Source: Dictyostelium discoideum
Taxonomy: Eukaryota
Direction of reading: 5' to 3'
Length of the DNA stretch: 2,594 bases
Assembly (NCBI GenBank): GCA_000004695.1
Contig: CH709149.1
Span: 1-2,594 of the forward strand
Below, in pieces: positions 1-2,594 of this stretch. The position numbers and the translations under genes were made by a program. Under the pieces are notes generated by a model, which saw only the letters and a program-made list of their open reading frames with translations, was not told the DNA's origin and made no database searches. The first letter of the stretch is position 1, and the number at the start of each line of letters is the position of its first letter.

Positions 1-420
1 TTCTTCCTTAATTTTATTTAAAAACGATTCATTGCATTGGAAATTATCATATTTACGAGATAAGAAATCAGCTATAAAATTCTTTTTACCACTTATATGT
101 CTTAATTCATAATCAAATTCTTTAATATATTTCATATAATTATCTTGTCTCTTTGTGTACGTTTTATCGTTTGACTTATTGATAATATATGTAAGATTTT
201 GGTGATCAGTGTAGATTGAAACCTTTTTACCAATTAATAAATGTTGAAACTTCTTTAGAGAATCAATGATTGAAAGGAACTCTCTATCACCTATGCTGTA
301 CCTCTTTTGAGTGTCAGTAAGTTTTCTACTGTGGAGCCAAATGACTTTGAATTTATCACCTTGAATTTGATATAATACACCTGATAATGCTTTATCACTA
401 ACATCACAATACAAGTGAAA
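1..420 (-). CDS. Partial pol polyprotein: RNase H domain plus the integrase N-terminal linker. It is truncated at both ends (N-terminal RT missing, C-terminus off the window).
   Basis: Same frame as above. Recognisable homology starts at 'FHLYCD' (codon covering 420-418). Codons further upstream (421-546) are read-through of the tRNA-flank repeat and are not part of pol. Confidence 0.75.
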
Positions 421-423
421 ACT
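1..423 (-). mobile_element. 5'-truncated Ty3/gypsy-type LTR retrotransposon fragment (Skipper/DGLT-A-like). It retains RNase H and the start of the integrase linker and continues past the left edge of the window.
   Basis: The minus-strand frame reading 438->1 has no stop (146 codons). It translates to ...FHLYCDVSDKALSGVLYQIQGDKFKVIWLHSRKLTDTQKRYSIGDREFLSIIDSLKKFQHLLIGKKVSIYTDHQNLTYII...RHISGKKNFIADFLSRKYDNFQ.... These are the three RNase H catalytic blocks (D in 'CDVSD', E in 'DREFLSII', D in 'YTDHQNL') followed by the canonical Ty3/gypsy 'GKxNxxADxLSR' motif that precedes the integrase. No RT-coding sequence lies upstream; composition changes abruptly at ~423/424. Confidence 0.8.
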
Positions 424-461
424 ACCCTTTTCAGAAGTTCCGCGGATGGAATGTTTTATAT

Positions 462-473
462 GGGAATCGAACC
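462..473 (-). promoter_or_regulatory. External B box (ex-B), a TFIIIC-binding-type motif downstream of the tRNA-like gene.
   Basis: The minus strand reads GGTTCGATTCCC, which matches the tRNA B-box consensus GGTTCGANTCC. It sits 57 bp beyond the internal B box and ~30 bp beyond the T6 terminator, which is the arrangement described for Dictyostelium tRNA genes. No terminator or acceptor-like sequence follows it, so it is not a second tRNA. Confidence 0.6.
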
Positions 474-502
474 TGAGACCTCCCTTTCCGGAAGTTCCGT
501 TT

Positions 503-508
503 AAAAAA
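503..508 (-). terminator. Pol III oligo-T terminator (T6) immediately 3' of the tRNA-like gene.
   Basis: The plus strand is aaaaaa at 503-508, so the minus strand is TTTTTT, directly after the predicted discriminator base at 509. Confidence 0.5.
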
Positions 509-581
509 TGTTGCATATGGAAATCGAACCCGTGACCTCTTACATTCTAAGCTATCTATCTACCATATGAGCTAAATAAGC
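509..581 (-). tRNA. tRNA-like Pol III gene, probably a decayed tRNA pseudogene, with a possible AAT (Ile) anticodon loop. The acceptor stem is not complementary.
   Basis: Minus-strand sequence: GCTTATTTAGCTCATATGGTAGATAGATAGCTTAGAATGTAAGAGGTCACGGGTTCGATTTCCATATGCAACA. The A box TAGCTCATATGGTAGA is at 559-574 and the B box GGTTCGATTTCC at 519-530. There are 53 nt from the 5' end to the T loop, as in a class-I tRNA, and a T6 run follows. However, the 5' arm GCTTATT does not pair with the 3' arm ATGCAAC, the T stem ACGGG/TCCAT is weak, and the D region carries a tagatagatag slippage. The overall pattern resembles tRNA-Ile(AAT) with many C->T and G->A changes. Confidence 0.5.
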
Positions 582-621
582 TTTGATTATTTTTCATTAT
601 TAATAGCTGAAATATTAATGT

Positions 622-690
622 AAAAAAAGTGAGTAAGAAAAAAAACATCAACAACAACAACATTTTTCATATAAAAAAAAGACATAAAAA
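622..690 (+). repeat. Direct repeat copy 1 (~70 bp) with a (CAA)5 core and an A-rich tail.
   Basis: aaaaaaagtgagtaagaaaaaaaacatcaacaacaacaacatttttcatataaaaaaaagacataaaaataaaataaaa matches 797-880 at ~85% identity. Confidence 0.8.
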
Positions 691-796
691 TAAAATAAAA
701 TACACAAAGAGTAAATCATTGGCCTTCTTTATTTTAATGTAATTAATTTTTTCTTTTTTTTTGAAAACTTTGCGAAGGCAAATTGAAAAAAAAAAG

Positions 797-872
797 AAAA
801 AAATCTCAGTAAGAAAAAAACATCAACAACAACAACATTTTTATTGATATTTCATTTTCATATAAAAAAAGA

Positions 873-903
<31 letters not shown>
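797..903 (+). repeat. Direct repeat copy 2 (~75 bp plus a 16-bp internal insertion), ending in a pure A29 homopolymer (875-903).
   Basis: aaaaaaatctcagtaagaaaaaaacatcaacaacaacaacattttt[attgatatttcatttt]catataaaaaaagactaaaa... followed by 29 consecutive A residues. This looks like a retroposon oligo(A) tail. Confidence 0.8.
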
Positions 904-906
<3 letters not shown>

Positions 907-1257
907 ACCTCACTTATCAGAAATTTCAAATAATAAATGTCAGAGAGCATTTATCTCGATTGGTCAATAAACATTAAAATATTAACTAAGAAAAAGAATT
1001 CACCATATATATTAAATCCAACTTTGAAAAAAATTAAATCTCTTACGTATCTAGTAATACAATAGTAATCAGTTGCAAATCAGGATGGACAGGAGTTCAC
1101 ACCGACAGCATTCAAGTAGTTAGGGATGCTAGTAATTCATTCAAACAAACAAAAATAAAAAATTCCACAATTATTAGTATTACATCAAAATTTCCAGTTG
1201 ATCACAAAGAATATCTCACAACAATGTCCACTGAGTTAAAAAATAAATTCATCAAAT

Positions 1258-1737
1258 GTGAACCAGGAAATCAACCATTCTACCTTTACCCATATCGGAG
1301 TAAACACTGAATGGGAACCAGAATCTAAAATAAAAGCACTTAACGACTTCACTGTTATAAATATCACTAAATGGAAAATTTTAAAATATAAAGAATCTAT
1401 GGCCAAAGAAGAAAAAACCAATGAAAAACAACAAAAAACAAATAATAGTGACAATACATCTTTCACCTCTCCACCCAAAGATAAAGATGAACCATCACTC
1501 AATTTAAGTTCTCAATTCGAAGTTAGCATTTCTATGCTTAATACTGACTTTATCTTTGATGACTCTTCACCAATACCAAATAAATTATTAGAGCTGATTT
1601 CACCTGAACCAATTGTTTTTAGCATCAGAGAATTGGATTCTCCAACTAAAGATAACATACTAAATGAACTACTTTATCAACCAGAACAATCAATTTATGT
1701 TCCTCCTCCTCCCCTCCACCCCCTCCACCACAATTAA
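1258..1737 (+). CDS. ORF1-like hypothetical protein, Asn/Lys/Pro-rich. It probably needs a frameshift to join the frame-3 ORF at 1668-1978; the only in-frame ATG is at ~1399.
   Basis: This ORF comes from the six-frame track (it is GTG-initiated in the track). It ends in a poly-Pro/C-rich tract, tcctcctcctcccctccaccccctccacc. Third codon positions are A/T-biased, as in Dictyostelium coding DNA. No zinc knuckle or other motif was recognised. Confidence 0.35.
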   Translation: MNQEINHSTFTHIGVNTEWEPESKIKALNDFTVINITKWKILKYKESMAKEEKTNEKQQKTNNSDNTSFTSPPKDKDEPSLNLSSQFEVSISMLNTDFIFDDSSPIPNKLLELISPEPIVFSIRELDSPTKDNILNELLYQPEQSIYVPPPPLHPLHHN

Positions 1738-1978
1738 ACAAACCAAGCAGACCAAAATTCAACATTAAACAAAAAAAGATTAAAACGATCGAAGAAAATA
1801 TAGAGGAACACCTCAAAGATACTTTAAATAACTCATCAGAAACAATATCAACAAAGAGAAAATACCAGGAGGAGCCAAATCAAGAGAATGATCTCGAACA
1901 AATATCCACAATTATGAACAACAATTTACAAAAGATTAATAAAAACTTATCAATCTCACTAACTAATGAACACAAGTA
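1668..1978 (+). CDS. Likely continuation (C-terminal part) of ORF1 in frame 3, reached by a -1/+2 shift within the Pro-codon tract.
   Basis: Frame 3 is open from 1668 to the TAA at 1976-1978 (…PPPPPPQLNKPSRPKFNIKQKKIKTIEENIEEHLKDTLNNSSETISTKRKYQEEPNQENDLEQISTIMNNNLQKINKNLSISLTNEHK*). It overlaps the frame-1 ORF by 70 nt and has no ATG until 1912. Confidence 0.35.
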
Positions 1979-2148
1979 AGATAGCAATATGGAACGCCCA
2001 AGGACACAGCAAAGAAAAATGCACCTTTAAAGCCAATTTAAAGCAAATACAATTTAAATTTGCTTTAAATTGTGTAAAAGTCACTCACACTAATCTTCAA
2101 TCCATTGTCACATTTGTTCAATCTTTAATCAAACAGTCCAATCTTTAA
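1966..2148 (+). pseudogene. ORF2 remnant: the N-terminal 60 codons of an apurinic/apyrimidinic-endonuclease-like (APE) domain, after which the rest of ORF2 is deleted or decayed.
   Basis: MNTSKIAIWNAQGHSKEKCTFKANLKQIQFKFALNCVKVTHTNLQS...* The WN-x-x-G motif and a '..C.K.THtNL' block at the same spacing (~27 aa) as L1-type 'NINGL ... CIQETHL' support an APE start. The catalytic Glu position is Val. A stop follows at 2146-2148, and the remainder of the window is AT-rich non-coding. Confidence 0.45.
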
Positions 2149-2282
2149 AGTAATGTTTTTTAATATGAAGGATAGAAAGAGTGAAAGACTAATATCATAA
2201 AAGTAAACATACTTAAAAGAGATAATTAAAAGTAAGGGCGTTATGAGAACTAAACCGAAAATCAGAATTTTATTATTTTTTT

Positions 2283-2377
2283 TAAATTTTAATTTAATTT
2301 TTTTTTATTTAATTTAATTTTTTATTTTTCAACTGAAAAAATAAAAAATTAAAAAATAAAAATTAAAATTAAATGAA
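2283..2377. repeat. Long AT-only imperfect palindrome. A hairpin is centred on tttatttttc-AACT-gaaaaaataaa (centre ~2332), with arms of ~45 bp.
   Basis: The reverse complement of the left arm (gaaaaataaaaaattaaattaaataaaaaaaaattaaatt...) aligns with the right arm (gaaaaaataaaaaattaaaaaataaaaattaaaattaaat...) with a few indels. Confidence 0.55.
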
Positions 2378-2504
2378 ATATTTTTACATGGAGATGCGCG
2401 AATTTGTTACGTTGTTGAGCTCATACTAACTTTAAATTAATTTAGTTTTGAGTCTCTAACACCTTCCCCTTCCTTCTTTAGGCTAGCTTTGGCTTAGAGG
2501 TGGA

Positions 2505-2594
2505 CTATAATCTCTTCGGTGTAACTTTTCTTCCTGATCTTGTTGTTTTAATTTGTAAACTAAGATCAAGTTCATCATCATCACTTGAAGTATT
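2505..2594 (-). CDS. Possible C-terminal end (29 codons plus stop) of a minus-strand protein-coding gene that enters from the right edge.
   Basis: The minus frame reads ...NTSSDDDELDLSLQIKTTRSGRKVTPKRL* with the stop at 2507-2505. Third codon positions are strongly A/T-biased, as expected for Dictyostelium genes. It is very short, and a second frame is also open, so support is weak. Confidence 0.2.
   Translation of the reverse strand, partial: NTSSDDDELDLSLQIKTTRSGRKVTPKRL

Larger units (their letters stand above)
424..540. repeat. Tandem duplication of ~58 bp (two units). It contains the tRNA B-box/T-arm region and its 3' flank; the distal unit carries the ex-B box.
   Basis: Unit A (424-481) acccttttcagaagttccgcggatggaatgttttatatgggaatcgaacctgagacct and unit B (482-539) ccctttccggaagttccgtttaaaaaatgttgcatatggaaatcgaacccgtgacct align at ~80% identity. 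The shared cores are ggaagttccg, atgtt..atatgg.aatcgaacc and tgacct. Confidence 0.8.
1224..2148 (+). mobile_element. Degenerate non-LTR (TRE5/L1-like) retrotransposon fragment: a frameshifted ORF1, an ORF1/ORF2 overlap, and an ORF2 truncated after its APE-like N-terminal motifs. The 5' and 3' boundaries are uncertain.
   Basis: The coding segments run 1224 ATG (frame 3, 28 codons) -> frame 1 1258-1737 -> frame 3 1668-1978 -> frame 1 1966-2148. The ORF1 stop (1976-1978) overlaps the ORF2 ATG (1966) by 13 nt, which is typical of non-LTR elements. ORF2 begins 'KIAIWNAQG...ALNCVKVTHTNL', which resembles the APE-domain N-terminus 'ILTLNINGL...SVCCIQETHL'. The fragment lies upstream of, and head-to-head with, the tRNA-like gene. 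Confidence 0.45.

Noticed and set aside
450-481. A second GGTTCGATTCC match that might be read as a second tRNA gene.
   Set aside because: No A box, acceptor or anticodon arm lies at tRNA spacing upstream of it, and no oligo-T follows. It is the distal unit of a 58-bp tandem duplication, so it is an ex-B box rather than a gene.
424-546. The minus-strand pol reading frame stays open through the tRNA-like gene (…GRISHKIHSDFRLGGKGSTGNLFHQMHFDFGHGRVN).
   Set aside because: It is read-through of non-coding repeat and tRNA sequence with no RT homology. Recognisable pol similarity begins only at ~420.
1224-1310. An ATG-initiated 28-codon ORF (MSTELKNKFIKCEPGNQPFYLYPYRSKH*) upstream of ORF1.
   Set aside because: It is too short to stand alone. 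It is noted only as a possible original start codon of ORF1 before a frameshift.
1236-1502. 88-aa minus-strand ORF from the six-frame track.
   Set aside because: It is entirely antisense to the better-supported plus-strand ORF. Its translation is a low-complexity S/L/F string with no motif. Such mirror ORFs are expected by chance in A/T-biased coding DNA.
1974-1982. aaGTAAGAt at the ORF1 stop resembles a 5' splice site; the same is true of GTAATG at 2151.
   Set aside because: The downstream sequence is not the >90% AT expected of Dictyostelium introns. No plausible 3' AG restores a longer frame. Non-LTR retroelements are intronless.
2388-2430. ATGGAGATGCGCGAATTTGTTACGTTGTTGAGCTCATACTAA as a small plus-strand ORF.
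   Set aside because: It is only 13 codons, with no supporting context.
2405-2520. ggcttagaggtgg... superficially resembles a tRNA A box.
   Set aside because: There is no B box within 30-60 nt on either strand, no cloverleaf and no oligo-T run.

Overview
This window is extremely AT-rich and looks like a social-amoeba (Dictyostelium-type) nuclear genome: it has (CAA)n and poly-A tracts, Asn/Gln/Pro-rich low-complexity ORFs, and a tRNA-type Pol III gene with a second downstream 'ex-B' box. Read as a whole, it is a tRNA-gene-associated retroelement graveyard rather than an ordinary gene region. The layout from left to right is as follows.
(1) 1-~423, minus strand: a 5'-truncated Ty3/gypsy-type LTR-retrotransposon pol fragment. 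It has a clear RNase H domain and the RNase H/integrase junction motif, and the ORF runs off the left edge.
(2) ~424-540: a ~58-bp tandem duplication that contains the internal B box of a tRNA-like gene and a second copy that forms an ex-B box.
(3) 509-581, minus strand: a tRNA-like gene with A box, B box and a T6 terminator. Its acceptor stem does not pair, so it is probably a transition-decayed tRNA pseudogene, possibly of Ile-AAT origin.
(4) 600-905: an AT-rich spacer with two ~70-bp direct repeats, each ending in an A tail (A29 at 875-903).
(5) ~1224-2148, plus strand: a degenerate non-LTR (TRE5/L1-like) retrotransposon fragment. It has a frameshifted ORF1, an ORF1 stop that overlaps the ORF2 ATG, and an ORF2 that begins with an apurinic/apyrimidinic-endonuclease (APE)-like motif but stops after 60 codons. 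The fragment lies head-to-head with the tRNA-like gene.
(6) 2283-2377: a long AT-only imperfect palindrome.
(7) 2388-2504: a GC-richer non-coding block, then a possible C-terminal end of a minus-strand gene at the right edge.
No CRISPR arrays or rRNA genes were seen. All family assignments rest on motif recognition by eye and need database confirmation.
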